64,000 nt of DNA, taken from NCBI GenBank assembly GCA_012295275.1, contig CM022665.1:6200001-6264000 (forward strand), given 5' to 3'. A program made the translations under genes and the position numbers. Each line of letters starts with the position of its first letter. The first letter of the stretch is position 1. Below, piece after piece: positions 32,216-47,782 of the stretch. The notes beneath the pieces are model-generated. The model was given only the letters and a program-made list of their open reading frames with translations. It had not been told where the DNA came from and did no database searches. Source of the DNA: Chrysomallon squamiferum. Taxonomy: Eukaryota > Animalia > Mollusca.

Positions 32216-33209
32216 ATTATAATGTGTTTAGTGTTGAATGTTAACAAAAAACTTATCTCGTAATAAAAATTTCTATGAAATGAAAACACATATTTTTGTA
32301 ATTTTACGATTATGTTAGAAGTAAAAATAATACAACTGTAGGCTACTTCTAAGGTTTATCCAAAAAGGATTGTTTCTGTGGACTTTTTTTGCAGTCAGGA
32401 CAATGAATACCAAAGAAAGATAAACCAGAATGACAAATGGAAGAAACAAACATAAAAATATAATTAAAAAAACGCTGATTTTGTAAAAAGTTCCACAATA
32501 TGCATGAATTCATGACCAATGCACATAAATTCAGTCAAATTATATTAGTAACGTGTCATTGCAAGCTCACCTGAATGCCTGGAATGAGTAATTAAAATAT
32601 ATATATACATTTAAAACATTCAAGTGATAGATATTTTCTATTTTTTTTTTTTTTTTTTTTTTTAATGACTGGTTATTTTATAAAGGTAAGTGGAATCCTT
32701 AAGCACAACATGGAACAAAAAAACAAAACAATAATAAAATAAATAAATAAAATTACACTAAAAATCCATGCTGCAAAAATTGTAACGCAATGTTTTCAGT
32801 ACCAATGTTTTTACTAGCACTACCCTAATTCTTATCATTGTTAGTTAACACTGTAAAGAATTTCCTGTTTTAATTTTAATGACTTGCATACAACAGTAGC
32901 AGTGTACGTTTGTCTAGACATACCATGGAACTTAAAACAGTAATAATGATTTTTTATTATTCAATCCAGTATACTGTATGCAAATTATAGTCATAAATAA
33001 ATAATTATATCGAGAAGAAATAAAAAATAACTCAGAAATTTATGTATACTTAGTTTTCATTTCTGTTAGTGTTCGTTTTTAATTTAAATCAATTAATTGC
33101 GAATTTTGGAGTTTGGAACATATTTATCATATTCATGATATTGTTTATTTAATCATATTTGATTTGCCTTTTGACTAAACGTTTTCCTTAAAACACCAAA
33201 ACGATTTCA

Positions 33210-33257
<48 letters not shown>

Positions 33258-33513
33258 TAGTACGAAGGATGTCGGGTATAGTTCAAACCCTCTGACACCA
33301 GTCCATAAAATGATAAATTAAAATTATCATTATCGACTGGTAGTAAGGCCTTAAGAGACGTTTTGTAATTACATTATCTTAAATAAAAAATCATGTGCCA
33401 TAAAAAAAATTAAATCTGTCTTGTGATACAAAATGGAAAGGAAAAAGCGACACGACAAAAAGCTACTACCGACAAATAACCACAAAGATTTAAAATATAA
33501 TTTTTGTATCGTT

Positions 33514-33545
33514 ACCGGAAGTAAATAACTGGTTTCTACGGTAAA
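33514..33545 (+). promoter_or_regulatory. ETS motif (ACCGGAAGT) plus RFX X-box-like element (GTTTCTACGGTAAA) upstream of BBS1
   Basis: 12/14 match to GTTNCYATRGYAAC at 33532-33545, ~115 bp upstream of the ATG; BBS genes are established RFX/DAF-19 targets. Confidence 0.55.
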
Positions 33546-33659
33546 CCAGTCTAGTGAAATGTTTTCATCGACAACGAAGAATATTTTTATTGAAATAATA
33601 AATGTCACTTTGAAAAACGAGTAAGGCATCTTTTCACTTCGTACAGTACTGAACAAAAC

Positions 33660-35090
33660 ATGGCTATGCAAAACTATGCAGAAGGAATGAAAAAACCTGA
33701 GGACGCATTAACGTAAGTGAAGTTATGTAAAGTAAAACTATTAAACGTGTTTGTTTTGTAATTGTATGATGTATCATTACGTATGACAGTGTGTCTAGTT
33801 AGTCTCTTTTCTGTGTCTGTTCATAATATCGTAATCGTACAACTGAATGAAATTATTTGAATACAGATGTGCAGTTATTATTTATTAAAGGAAGAAGAAA
33901 AATCTGGTTTGTTAATACAGGTATTCTCAATTGACAGAATATTTGCACTGTCACAGTGTCAGCTTGAATTGTGAATTTATTATAAAGTCTATAGTTTTAG
34001 GTAAAAGAAAATTATTCTTAATTATTAGTCCAATATAATCCTAGTTTATATGAACAAAGTAATATAGAAAATTTGATCATCATACAAATTTCAGATATTC
34101 TTTCTACAGAGTTTACTGATTGTGACAAAATATAAAAAATAATAAATAATAAAGATGAAATATTCTAGTTGTATGTATCTATGATATTTACATTTATATA
34201 TTATTCTTTTCATTCAGCTGAATGAGGATGGGTCTTTTTATATATATAAGTTTTTGCATATAATTTTTTTTTTTTTTTTTTTTTTTTTTATGAACTAGGA
34301 AGGTTTGTACCTGCTATAGTAGCTTGTGACATTGTAAAATAAAATACATCCAGTTTAAGTTAAATGTATATGCAAGCGATACAGAATTAACTAAAATAAG
34401 TAGTTCATTGAATTTATAGTTTGAATTTTAGAACAGACAACACACTATTAAGCACAGTGATGCCAACTAATAAATAATTATATTAGTAGTTCTACTGCTA
34501 GATAATCTTATAGAGCCAGTGAGTGAAAGGACAGCAAGTTCCATAATCATAGCTACAGTTTCTGCTTTGAAACATTTAAATATTGTTATTGAACCACACA
34601 TTTTGCAGATATGGCTCCCACATATTTTATTTTATTTTTCTGTGAATGTCATATAAAATGCTTGAAAGGTCATCTAAGTTGAGATGATAAATTACTATAA
34701 TTATTATAAATAGTTGCTTCCATTTTCAATTAGTTGTTTATCTTTGTGCGCACTGATGCATATAATGAAAAATGTGTGGCGGCATATGATACATAACCAG
34801 TCAGTTGTCGTGCAGTGTAATTTTGAGTTACAGCCTATTAATGAAGAAAAATGTTTTGTGAAAAAACCTAATTCTTTGATACGAAATCTGAACGTTTTAA
34901 TCTGATTTGGATAATTCAAAAAGTATTTTGATCTGTAAAATGTGGTTTATCTTATTCCATCAAAACCTGAGTTTTGATAATTTTCCCCACTGAACTGGTT
35001 ATCCTATGCCACCACACAAATTAAGATCTTATGGTATAATACAGATTAAATCTGTTGAAATTAGTTTTGCTTGAGTCCAGTTTTATTTGT

Positions 35091-35125
<35 letters not shown>

Positions 35126-38100
35126 TTACACAGTTATATTCTTAAAATTTTAATATGTATTTATCACCTTTGTTATTTTAATACAGTGAACAGTTAGAGT
35201 TAAAATCCAAGTGGCTTGATGCTTTTCATGACCCTGTGGCTTCTCTGTACACATTCACACAGTGTCTGGCTTTGTCAGACATTCATGCAGATGGAGACTG
35301 CAAGCTTATAGTTGCTGATCTTGGTACAGGCAGCTATGATATGAAGCTCAAAGTCTACAAAAGTAAGATATTCATAACAACTAGCTGAATATTAACGTTC
35401 ATTTTAGTTACTGTTTTGTTTAAAATCTAAATAATATATGTATATACCTTATAAAAGTATTGAATGTGTATAAATGAAGTCATGTGTGATCATTCTATTG
35501 ACAATTTATTTAGAATTTACTGAATGTATGTAAAATGGAAATTAAAATTACATCTAAATTATATTTTAGAAAATAACTATAAACTATTTTGTAAGCAATT
35601 TTGTTAAATAGCTGAATATTTAACAAAAATAAATTTCAGTCAGTTTTTAACCAGCATGGTAATATTGTTTTAAAATTTATTAAAGATACAAACCTTCTCA
35701 GTGAACATACCATCATTGACCTTCCAACTGGTGTTGTGACATTTTACATGGATGTTCTTGAGCCCAGAACAGCAGGTACTCTTTTCAGTTTAAGATTGCT
35801 ATGTCCCTGTACTTTGATTTGTTAATGAGCAGACAAATATGTTTTAAAATTCCAAATATATTAAATACTGGATTTCATTTTAGCTGTATGGTACTGCCAC
35901 TGCTTATTTATTAAAATTAAAAGAAATTATCTTTGAATATTCAGTTAAGTGAAAATTAAAATTATCATCATATATTCGGTAAACTGAAAATTGCTTTCAT
36001 ATATTCAGTTTAGATATTTAATTGTTACTGTAAATGATGTTACAAAATAAAAACATTTAATAGTGGATTCTTGAGTCTTTTTTAGAATTGTTTTCTTTTC
36101 TTTTTGTGACTCCTTAATGAAATAATGATGACAATGCACACTATTATTCTTCTACAATTTTAGCTATTGCAGTTGCCTCAGGTCCCTATATTTATGTATA
36201 CAAAAATCTCCGTCCATACTTCAAGTTTACTTTGCCTCCATTGGAAGTGAATAAATTAGAAGAGGATCTTTGGAACCAGGCAACCAATGTAATTTTTGAA
36301 TTTGTTGTGTACTTCTCTATAACAATAAAGCAAAGCAATTAAAATTTTAATTTCAAAATAATAAAAAAAAACAGTAATGTTAAATAAAAATTTCTTTAGT
36401 TATGTTTTATTTTATATATGCTAAGTCATGCAGTATAATTTTGGGCATTAATTTTTTGATGGAAATTTTTATCCTTATATACTTAGTTATTTACTTATTT
36501 GGTTTCAGGATGATATCAATCTTTATGTTCTGAGAGAATCATTGGACACATTAAGGTAAACAATATGCTGTCAATTCATGATCTGCATTTGTTACACAGA
36601 TCCTATCTGATCATTTACCAATTTTATTATTACCTGAACAGTATTCATGCTTCTCTCTTTTAATCAGTTGTCAACTGAATGTCTCTCTTATAACAACTAA
36701 AAAACAAAAGTGGGATGCATTTTTAAAATTAGTTGCTTCAACATGGATAAACACAAGAGTTTACAAAATATTTTCTTTTGTTTCTTTTTTCTTTTAATTT
36801 TATAAGTTTTTAAATCCTAATTTTAGGTAGCTTAAGAACCTTATGAATTTAATTTATTTTACAAATTTTCAGGATTGAGGGTCATGCCCTTACTGTGAGA
36901 TCATTGAGGTTTCTGCAGCTGGAAACTAATGACTTAGAAAACTTTGTCAGCTCACACAAACACACAGCTTTAAAAAGACAAGTAAATTGTTCACTGAATT
37001 TCTGACATCTTTAATTAATTAATTTATTTATTCATTCAAGTTGGAAAGAACAGTTATTTGTCAGTATTTCAGTACAGAGAAAAAGTAGCCAGAATCATTG
37101 TATAATCACTATAACAGAATAATCAGACAGTCTACAGAGACTGAAAATTTTCTTTAATTTATGTAGAAATATCCTTAAAATTATCCTGATAATTTAGGTT
37201 TATTTTATTTGGAAGGTGAAATAAAAATTGCAAGATCATCAGTCAGTCATGGATTTTACTATGTTTCTTTTACCTATCAGTGTCCAAATAAAACTTGTCT
37301 GTTAACTATTATGTAAGTAATTCTTCTTGTATTGGTATGGTCAGAACTGATGTAAATTAATTTTATGATAGAAATAATGTTTTTTTCCCAACAGAACTTT
37401 TATGTATAATAATTTAAAAAAAAAAAAAATTTTTTTAAAAAAATAAATAAAAAAAATTGTATTTATTTTTTTGAATCACAGACTGTGATAACATGTTTAA
37501 AAACTCTGAAGAAATCTCTGGCTGATGAAGATGCTATAAGCTGTTTGGTGTTGGGAACAGAAAACAAGTCTATATATGTTCTTGATCCAGAAGCTTTCAC
37601 CATACTCACAACAGTAAGTTTATTTATTTTTGAATAGATCTTAGATTATTAACAATAATAAGAGTGTTTGATGGTTAGCTTTCAAGCTTAATAAAAATGA
37701 AATTATTATTTTTATTTACCCCATAATAGAGATTTTGAGTCATTGATTGATTTTATTGCCTAAATAATTGGTTTTCAAATGTTTTCATACCGCGACCCCT
37801 TATGAACAATTCAATATGACTGATGACCCCCTTTAACATTTTTGATTATATAATATCCAAGGTTACCCTATTTTTATCTACCAAAGACAGTACAAAAGGA
37901 ATCTATATTCACTATGATGGGTCCCAAACCTATCTACACATTTTTATTTATTCTTCCTTCCAAGTCAAGTTGAAAAAAACTAAAACATACCCTCGCAACC
38001 CCCAGAAAAAAGGCTGGTGATCCCTTTGGGGTCATGACCCCCAGGTTGAAAACCTGTGGCCTAAATGAATAAATAACAGAACCCACCTGAACAATCACCT

Positions 38101-39906
38101 ATTTGAATTCTATGTGATTTTGTAATGTTACATAACAATGTAATTATACCATATTTTGATAATATCAGGTAAAGGGGTTTTTAGAAAAGGTGATATAATA
38201 CATGCGGTTTTTTTTTTTTTTTTAAATTTGTTATTTAAAGTATTAAAAAAAAAATAATGATAATGATAATTAAATTGGGTTAACATTAAATTTGCACCAT
38301 TAGTAATATTATAATAATATGTATCTAAAACAGTTTACTGGAACTTTAATAGATCTCAAATTATTAGTAATAAGAAAACAAAATATTTACGTTATTTTAT
38401 TTGCGGTTTCTGTTTTTCATCAAATAGGTTTGATTATTATGTGATATTGATGGGACATGATTACAAGTTTACAGTGGTTCTCTCTTTTGTTATTAATATG
38501 TTGTTGATTTGTTGATTGTGAAATACAACAAACATTGGTTTTTCTCTCAGATGGAACTACCAAGTGTTCCAGTCTTCATCAGTGTTAATGGTCTGTATGA
38601 TGTGGAGTACAGAATCGTTGCAGCGTGTCGGAATGGCTGCATTTATACTCTTAAAAGGTATTAATGACAATAAAATCTACAGTTAAAAAACACTAAAAAA
38701 ACAAACATTTAACTACACCTTTATCAACCTGTCTAAATGCATTTTGTGTATGTCAATACAATTATTTTATGTCTAGGTATCTAATCTTTACTACTAATAA
38801 AGTATAACAAAATAAACACAGGAGTAAGCATTATTATTGTTCTTTTCATTCTTTTTTCTTTTGTTATAATGTTATTTTGCATTTTAAATATTTGAAAGAA
38901 CAAAAATAAGGAAAATAACAAAAATGAAGAAAGAAAGAAAGTAAAAAAGGAAATTAATAATCCTTTTTAGACTGAGGATACAAATAACATTGTAATGTTT
39001 TATGCAATCTTATTACATTTTTTGTTTTATCAGATATGTTATAATTACTACTATTGTTATTCAGAGGAACAACTGAAGGAGCTAAGTACACAATAGAACT
39101 GAACTCACAGCCAGTTGGTCTGGAGAGAATCAACAAGAGTATTTATGTTGGATGCATGGACGAAACTATGCACTGTTTCACTTCAAAGGTATCTACTTTT
39201 TGGTTTTCTACATTTTAATCATTGGAAGTATATCATAGGAGGAGAATTACAACAACGTTTTATTATTTTATTACCAACATTCAATAAAATACATACATTT
39301 TTTTAAATGATATATTAATTAACATATTGAAATATATAAAGTTTTGTGTTATTTTTATATTAAAATTATGAACATTACTGTAATCGGGTTTTTTTTGTGG
39401 GGGTTTTTCAGGGAAAGAAACTGTGGACGATTAAGTTACCTGCCAGCATAACAACAATGGAAACAATTGATTACAAACCACGAGCCTTCACTGCCGTTCT
39501 GGTGGCTCTGAACAACTGTGAAGTGCACATTTATAAAGAAAAATATCTTGTTGATGTTATAAAAATGTCAGATGTTGTCACGGGAATGAAGTTTGGTAAA
39601 TTTGGCAGAGAAGATGGCACACTTGTTATGACTACTCGAGGTAAATATATTTTCAGTAATCATTTTCTTGATCATTGCTGTTTGCTACACCTTCTGTCCC
39701 CATAAAAATCTTAACAAAAAGAGATATATATTACAACAAAAAAACAACAAAAAAAACCCACTTTGAAATGACTAGTAAGTAGTGGAAGGATTATCAGTTG
39801 CATCAACTGGAAAAGTGTTTTTTCCTTTCAGATAGAAAAGATGACATTGTGAAAGGATATATCTTTATTACCTGGATTAAGATAGATCCATACATTCATA
39901 CTTATT

Positions 39907-39950
<44 letters not shown>

Positions 39951-40847
39951 TTTGCTCGAAATGTAGTTCAAATTAACTCTGAAAAAGAAAATTATAATAC
40001 TGATTTAAATCTAGTTTAAAACAGAAGATGTAACTAAGTAAAAGCTTTAGCAGAATGTTGTTTTGTTTTTCAGGTGGAGGTTTGTATGTGAAAATTCTCA
40101 AACGCAGTTCTCATTTTGAAGAGAAGAATCTGATATCGGGACCTCCTGCAGCTCAGAATGTCAAATTGAATGTTCCCAAGAAGACAAAGCTGTTTGTGGA
40201 TCAGACTCTGAGAGAAAGAGAAAATGCTGTTGGTAGGTGAAATGTCTTTATAAAACGTCTTTGGAGGTGTGTCGTAATACATTTTGTATATTTCCATATT
40301 AACATTTTATTGCTACTGGCAGTCAAAATTGCAGTCAGAACTTTTGAAGATATACTGGAACTGGTGTTTTCCATTTTATCATGTCATGTTGTACATGCAT
40401 AGAAATGTAACAAAATCTGTTATAGTGTTTTTCATTGTATGTTCATAAAAGGAAAAGTATTCTGTTTTGTGCTAAGACTGGTCCCTAGTAATAAATGTTA
40501 TGGAAATAATATAAAAGGTGTATGCATTATCAAGGAATTGTATTAAATCTTATTCTAATTTATCTTCTTTTTTTTCTTCTCAGTTTCATGTTTGAATCAT
40601 TTCTTTTTCTTTGTGCCACATTAATGTTTTGAATGTAATCAGACGTGATTATTATTAATTAAAATTTCAAATATCAAAGCGATTACAATTTAATGTTGTT
40701 ATTATTATTCATAAATATTGTCAGTTTCTAAAGTGACTTCCTGAAATAAAGTTGGTGAACAGCAATGCTGTGTTATTCACTGATGACACGTGGTAGATTA
40801 TAATGTCAAGAAAAACTGAAGCATGCAAGACAATTTGATATGTCAGG

Positions 40848-40894
<47 letters not shown>

Positions 40895-41202
40895 ATTGCA
40901 TTGCATATCACGACAACTAAATCAATAGCAATCTTCTTTTTTCGTTTTTTTCTTCTTGACTTCACTGATGTGATAAATTTAAGGATGGGCTTTGTGATTG
41001 GAATTTTTTTTTTTTTAATTCAAGGAAGCAGCTGTAACTCTGGTTTTCTGATTTCTCAAATGTGTCTTCAGACTGAGTAATTGTAGATCTGTTGGTTTGA
41101 GGCCTTGAAATAACAAGATCAATTTTATTTTGGAATTTGGATGCTATATTCAAGTCGGTCCCTGATATGATTGTATACAGCAGACTGATAAAAGAGAGAG
41201 AC

Positions 41203-41253
<51 letters not shown>

Positions 41254-44200
41254 CAGTGTATATGTAGATATATTTGTGTTTTATTTTCATTTATTAATGT
41301 TTAAAATATATTTTTTTTAAAGAAAAAAGTAAAGAATTAGTAAGAAGTTACATCTTTATGTTTATGTAGGTAATTGCAGTTCACCCTCTAACAGACTAAA
41401 ATGGGGTAAAATTTGACTGGATGTTAAAAATAGCACGAATATTAATATTAACAATGTTGAATATCATACAGAATTAAATTTACTTTAAATTCACAGTTTT
41501 TATTTTCCTGATAGGGAGCATGTTGGGTTTATTTTGCTGTCATTGTCAATGTACCAGAAATAAAAATGTTTTATATTCATAGAGTTCTTAGATAAAATAC
41601 AGAGCATGCACAGAACTTGTAGTCAGTATAAACAGAATACTGAGGTACTAAAGGAGACATGCGTCCAAATTTCAGTAGATTCAGGTAGATTTGTATTATT
41701 CCCAGAGTTTGTCTGGATCATCTGAAATCCAGCTAATACAGGACCATTACATGCAGAGTTGTGTGTATATATATTATGTTAATAAGGGAATGAAGTTAAC
41801 ATTACTGATAAATATATGTAAATTGCATGTTATATATATATAAATATGTTGATGGTGTGTGTGTGTGTGTGTTTACAGTTACAATATCTTTGTCTTTTTG
41901 TCCTGAAAGATTAAAAAAAAAAAAAAAAAAAGGCAAAGTCAGTAGAATATGACTTGATCATAATGTTACATAAGTTAGTGTTAATCCATGTCTCTATTTA
42001 TTTAGATAAAACAGATTTGGGAGATTGTATATTTAGTATTTTTATGTCAGAGGATTCATTGATTTTGTCCAGTACTAAGGAGGTAGAAGAAAAATACTTT
42101 TGTTTCCTTAACCATTTAAAAAATATTTAAATTGGAATTTAATTAGTTTAATTTAATATACAGATATCTTAATTTGCATCACAACAAGCATTATCTGTTT
42201 ATTCACAATGGTCATATTCTTAGCTTTTGTTTAACAAATACACAGATAATAATGATCTTCTCCTACATGTTTGAACTAATTATTACATACATCCACATTA
42301 AAAAACCGACAACCAACATGAATATTAACTAGAATTAAATTTGAATTTTCTTTTTCTTGGCATAAAACTTCCTTTTATTTACAAGTTCCTTAATTATTTA
42401 TGTTGAGAAATTTGTTTCCTGATAGCAAGTTATTTTCCTCTGTCTTTTGTTGTCAGAAATAGCCTGCCTCTGTCACAAAGCAGACTGGATTAATTATGTT
42501 GCAGTAGCTCTGGGCTTCAAATTGTCCGTCGGCTTTTATCTCAGGCAAATGTCAAAGGATTATTTCTGTGTAGCTGAAGCTCATTCATATTTTCTGAGAA
42601 AGTCTTATGAAAGGCATAATTATCTCCACCTGAAACTGTGATAGCTAGGCTGCTCATTATAATGGATGCTGATGTGGTCCTACATTTCACAAAAACAAGA
42701 CAAGATGTTAGTGCATTAGAAATTTGTAATGGCAGTAATTTGTTACCTTTCATCCTGCCAGATTTCTCTGTTTTTCACCAGTTTTTGACAGGTCTTCTAT
42801 TACATTTTTTTTTTTTTTTTTTTTTTCCTGAATGTTTTCAGCACACCTTTAAATATATTATTAACAATGAAGAGATTGTGAAAATATAATTTTTTATTTT
42901 TAGTCTTCAATTTTATATTTGATAAATACATGTATTTTCCTTCTTCTTTGTATAACTGAGAACATAATTATATTCATTTAGTTAATAATACATACACAAT
43001 TTTAGCTGTTTGAAATAATTGTCTTTATGATAAAGTTGAAATGGGAATATGCTTTTTTTTGGTGGGGGGGCACTATTACAGTAAAAGTCTATTCTTTGTA
43101 GTTCACTTTATTTAAGGCAAATTTAAAGCAAATAAGTGGTCTATTTGCAAGGCATACATACATGTATGATGAATATTAATGTATTTATTTTATAAAAAGA
43201 ATCATTAGATCACTGTTCATTTGGTCTTTTAATGGTTTTTAAACAAAATGTTCCTTAATAAATTTCTTTATATTAATTTTCAGTTTCAGTGTTCATTTTG
43301 TCTACAAAGTTAAAATTTACATTTAAAATATTATATTTAGAAAAATATTTTAAATTATCCTATAGTTAAAATGTCTTTGTAAATGAAGGTAAATAATAAA
43401 GTGTGGGTGAATGCTTAAGTTTTAGCTGATCATTGTTTTGTTTATTTTTTTCCTAATGAAACTCATTTTGTGTTGAAAATTACATTCACCGGAACAATCA
43501 GGCTCACATTTTTCTAAATTGATGGATCCACCCGAGAAAATTATTTAATGTTATTACCGATAATGAGCTTGACATTTATATAATTTACTGTTTGCAGAAA
43601 TGCATCGGACATTCCAAAGAGATTTGTATCTTCTTCGACTGAGAACAGCCAGAGATTATGTGAAAGCGTTAGAAAACAGCATGAATCCCGTCTCCTCAGA
43701 CCCCACTGATCCGATCAAGCTATCAGCACAGGTATTTGTTATGCTCCATACTGTGTATTGGAGAATTATGTCTGTTACAGATTCCATAGCTTTACCAGTC
43801 AGGTTGGTGTTAAAACCAACAAACCTATCTTTCTGCTGAATATAGCAGAATTCTCCCATCAGACAAACCAACAAGTGTAATCGTTTTCCTTAGACGTTAA
43901 TGTGAATCACAGTAAAATTGGATTGCTACTGTTAAAAATGTAAATGTTTACAGCAAGTTTGTTTAATATTTAGAGAATGTTTACACCAAGTCTGTTTAAT
44001 GTTTTGGAAAGAATTGGTGATGTGGACAAAACCATTATGTGGGGCATTATGTGCTTGTTTTAGATTCAAAACACACTGATCTTCAAATCTAAAATAGCCA
44101 CTGGACACCATTGACAGAATTATCTGTATGTTCTTTTATGAGGTGTCTGCAGACTTTAAATTTTGAGAGTTAGAACAAAAATAGTATCATTTCAGTGGGT

Positions 44201-45900
44201 ATTAATAAAATAATGAGTTTAAAATCTTTCTTATTTTTCTAATCTTGTGCCAGATTTTATTTATACAACAGTGAATGGTTGATGTGAAAATCGCACTTTA
44301 CAATTTTATAGATAAGATGAACTTTGCTGCAGCTTTGTCTGCATTTAAAAACTCTTTCTCCAGATTTATTTTTAATTAATGTAAATGTCAGAATATAATA
44401 ATAGGTTTTGATTTTTGTTTCCTTTTTTCTTGATGTTTCTTCTTTTGTCGTATATCTCACAGTATTTAGTTATTTTATTTACACTGTCATTACGTAGTTC
44501 TATTTTGAGCACACAAAATTAAACTAATTTGTTGTAATAATGTTGTAACACAATCATATGACATCCTGCCCTAGAGAGTCTTCTTTCTTCTTCTCAACAT
44601 TGATTTATTATCAGTTCAGAACAAAAATAAACGTCATTTTTTTTTCTTTCATCTCTCATCCCGATAATCTTTAAGAATTCAAAACAGATTGTGTTTTCTT
44701 TATTTTTTAAATATGTTTTTGAAAAGAAAACAATGATATACAATTGGTTAGAATTAATAATAATGATAATGATAATAATAATAATTATTATTATTATAAA
44801 TGTTATTATTATTTTTGTGGGTTTTTTCATGCTGTCGAGAGCTCACAATGACCATGCTTTATGTTTCTTTCTATTGTAAGTCATTATTAACTGAACCTGT
44901 TTAAGAAAATTTTGTTCCGTTGTTGTATTACAGGTTCAAGGTATAGGACCAACTTTTAAACTGACAATCAATCTTCAGAACACATCCCTGACAGTGCCAT
45001 CATCAAACCTTGTTGTGACCTTTGACTATGACAACAGTCTGTACTCATTCAGAAAAACATTCATCCAGGTCTGAAACTATGATCACATTGTGATATTGTC
45101 TTAATTCTCATGACACTTATCGTACTGTTTATTTAATTATTCTACCATAAACAGAGATAATATATTCCAACACTTTTTTGTTTTAAATATTTCTATTGCA
45201 ATACTTATTTCAGTCTTAATTCACATGATTTTCAACATACTATTTATGTAATTAATGTACCATATACAGAGATAATATATTCCAACATTTCTTTTTATAA
45301 ATATTTACCAGTAATATTAATAGTTTAACTTTTCTGGTCCTGAACAATTCATAGTAATTTAAAAAAATATATATTATAAATTCAGAATTCACATAAAATT
45401 AGATTTGAAAATGTCTCCATATGTACCACTGTAACAATTTTAGATAATCTGATAGAAAATCTGAGCGCTTTTAATTGTAGGTTCCAATGCTTGTGCCAGG
45501 ACTCAACTATTCATTTGATACATTCATTGACTGCTTAAATGACAAAGGCATATCTGACAGCATAAAGGTAACACTTTATAAGTAACACACCAAGTTGTTT
45601 TTTTATGGTAGTATTACAGTAAAAGAAAGTTGTTTTATTCTGTATCTGTTCGAAATAATTGTCTTTATGATAAAATTTATATGGGAATATGCTTGTTGCA
45701 TCTATTTTTTTTTTTTTTTTTTATGGCTTTTTTTTTTTAAATTGGTCAATTTGGAATTGTTTTCATTCTTCCTTTTTTTCTTATTATTTTTAAACATATT
45801 TGAGCTTTATAATAGTATGTTTATTATGCTGACGTTACTTCTTAAATGCTTAATATTTGTTCTTAAACAAACATTTTTAAGAATACAACATATTTTTAAC

Positions 45901-45931
<31 letters not shown>

Positions 45932-46025
45932 ATTTCAGGTGTATGTTTTAAAACAAGGCCGAAGCATTCCCATTGTGACAGGAGTGATAAGCATGCCAGT
46001 CAGTGAAAGTATAGTTGTTGTGTGA
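33660..46025 (+). CDS. BBS1: Bardet-Biedl syndrome 1 protein (BBSome subunit), complete 15-exon gene
   Basis: Exons 33660-33712, 35187-35362, 35686-35775, 36164-36288, 36509-36555, 36873-36981, 37482-37613, 38551-38657, 39065-39188, 39412-39640, 40074-40232, 43598-43731, 44934-45068, 45481-45567, 45939-46025, all GT-AG. Diagnostic peptides [115 protein letters not shown]. Confidence 0.97.
37766..38058. mobile_element. Non-autonomous hAT (Charlie-like) MITE in BBS1 intron 7
   Basis: Perfect 8-bp TSD GCCTAAAT (37758-37765, 38059-38066); degenerate TIRs ..TGGTTTTCAA / TTGAAAACCTGTG; GACCCC/GGGGTC subterminal motifs. Confidence 0.8.
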
Positions 46026-46433
46026 TTTAACCACAAGTAATAAGAATCAGGAATTTTAGACTTACAATTATTTAATAACATCAACAGAATCCATTATATT
46101 TTTTATTACATTTCATCATTCCCAAGTTTATTACACTATACAACAGTTTAAATATTATGGCTAATATTTAGCTGGAAGAGGAAGCAGTCATTAAATGCAT
46201 AAAAGGTAGATACTTAAAGTGTATCTTTGTTGGATGTGCAATTGGCCTAATATATTTTGTATCACTGTCAAGTTATTGTTTAGTTCTTCTGATCAGTCTT
46301 TGCTAATAATAAAGAATGACGGTTCCCTATGACATTGATATTCTCAATTGTATCATGATGTTGCAGGTAAAACAGTCACTTCAGTGTTTACACACATACA
46401 CACTGTAAATGAGAATATCAACCTCCTTTTATC

Positions 46434-46480
<47 letters not shown>

Positions 46481-47751
46481 TTTTTCATTATTATTTTTAA
46501 TGTTTGTGTTGTTTGTTACCAAAGGTACACTTTATCCTCTGTATAAATAATTAATTAAAGACCTTTGTTACAATGTAAAAAAAAAGTCTTTGTTAATTGT
46601 GTTAATTTTCAAAACATGCTTCAGTAATTACTTGCGAGTGTTAATCAGTGCTGATTTATTCAGTGTGACTGTAGAAAGGCAGGTGACAGATTTCCTGTCT
46701 CCACACATTAGTATACACATACAGTGTAAATTAAAAGACAGATGATAGAATAACATGTTTTGTGGTGATTACAAAAATCACTATTCCACTTATCTGTTAT
46801 TAAGAAAATCTTTTAACTTAAATTTTATAAATAATTTTTTTTTTTTTTTTAAAGTCTTTTTCAGATGTAATTGTTTTGTGGATAATTTTTATTTTATTTT
46901 TTCTTTCTGTCTTTATTTCTTTTTTTTTTATTATTATTTTTTTTTATTTTATTTATTTTTTTATTATTAAAATTTTTTTTATTATTATTTAACTATACAA
47001 TTTGAATAGTACTTCAAATAATTAATTTATAAATGACTTTTACTAAAGGCAGATACAGATTAAGTAAAAATACTGTCAAAATCAAACATGGGCTGTTTAC
47101 TGGTAATTTGTCATCTGTCACTATGATAAAATGTTATTATTAGTTTAATGTAATGCTCTGCAGCCATTGTTAATTTTTATCAGAATTAATTTTCTTCTTT
47201 GCTGCCAATAAGAAATGGACACATATGCACACAGTCATGTCTCCACATGTGTATACATCATGAGTATTTGTTGATGAATATATATTTTTATTTAATTAAT
47301 CGAATTTCAGACAAAGAAATGTCTGCAGAAATGCACATTTTAAAAAGAAATAATCAATTAAACTTTGTTAAGAGAAATTGCATTGTGCTACAGCCTGCAT
47401 TATGAGCTTCAGTCATTCGCTGAGGGTGGAAAGTCAAAATGATGAATATGTTAAAAACTAAGACCAGTGGAAATAAGAAAATTTGAAGGAAAAAAAAATA
47501 AAAAATTTACTTTTTTAATGAATCCAGCAAAATCATTTTGAAAATTGCAATTTTTCTTTTACAGTGTTTTTAAATGTAATAATACTGATATGATAATTAA
47601 TGTAATATTACCTTTATAATTTGTTGTTTGAGTATTTATTGTCAAATACTGCAAGTTAAATAATAAAAATATATTACAAAATGTCAGTTGGTTTCTTTAT
47701 TCTTACAAAATATACTTTTATTATAGACAAATTAATAATGGACAAAATGTG

Positions 47752-47782
<31 letters not shown>

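Noticed and set aside
43011-45695. ~45-bp sequence repeated at ~43011 and ~45651 in BBS1 introns, considered as intronic snoRNAs
   Set aside because: No C/D or H/ACA box arrangement visible; likely small repeat fragments.
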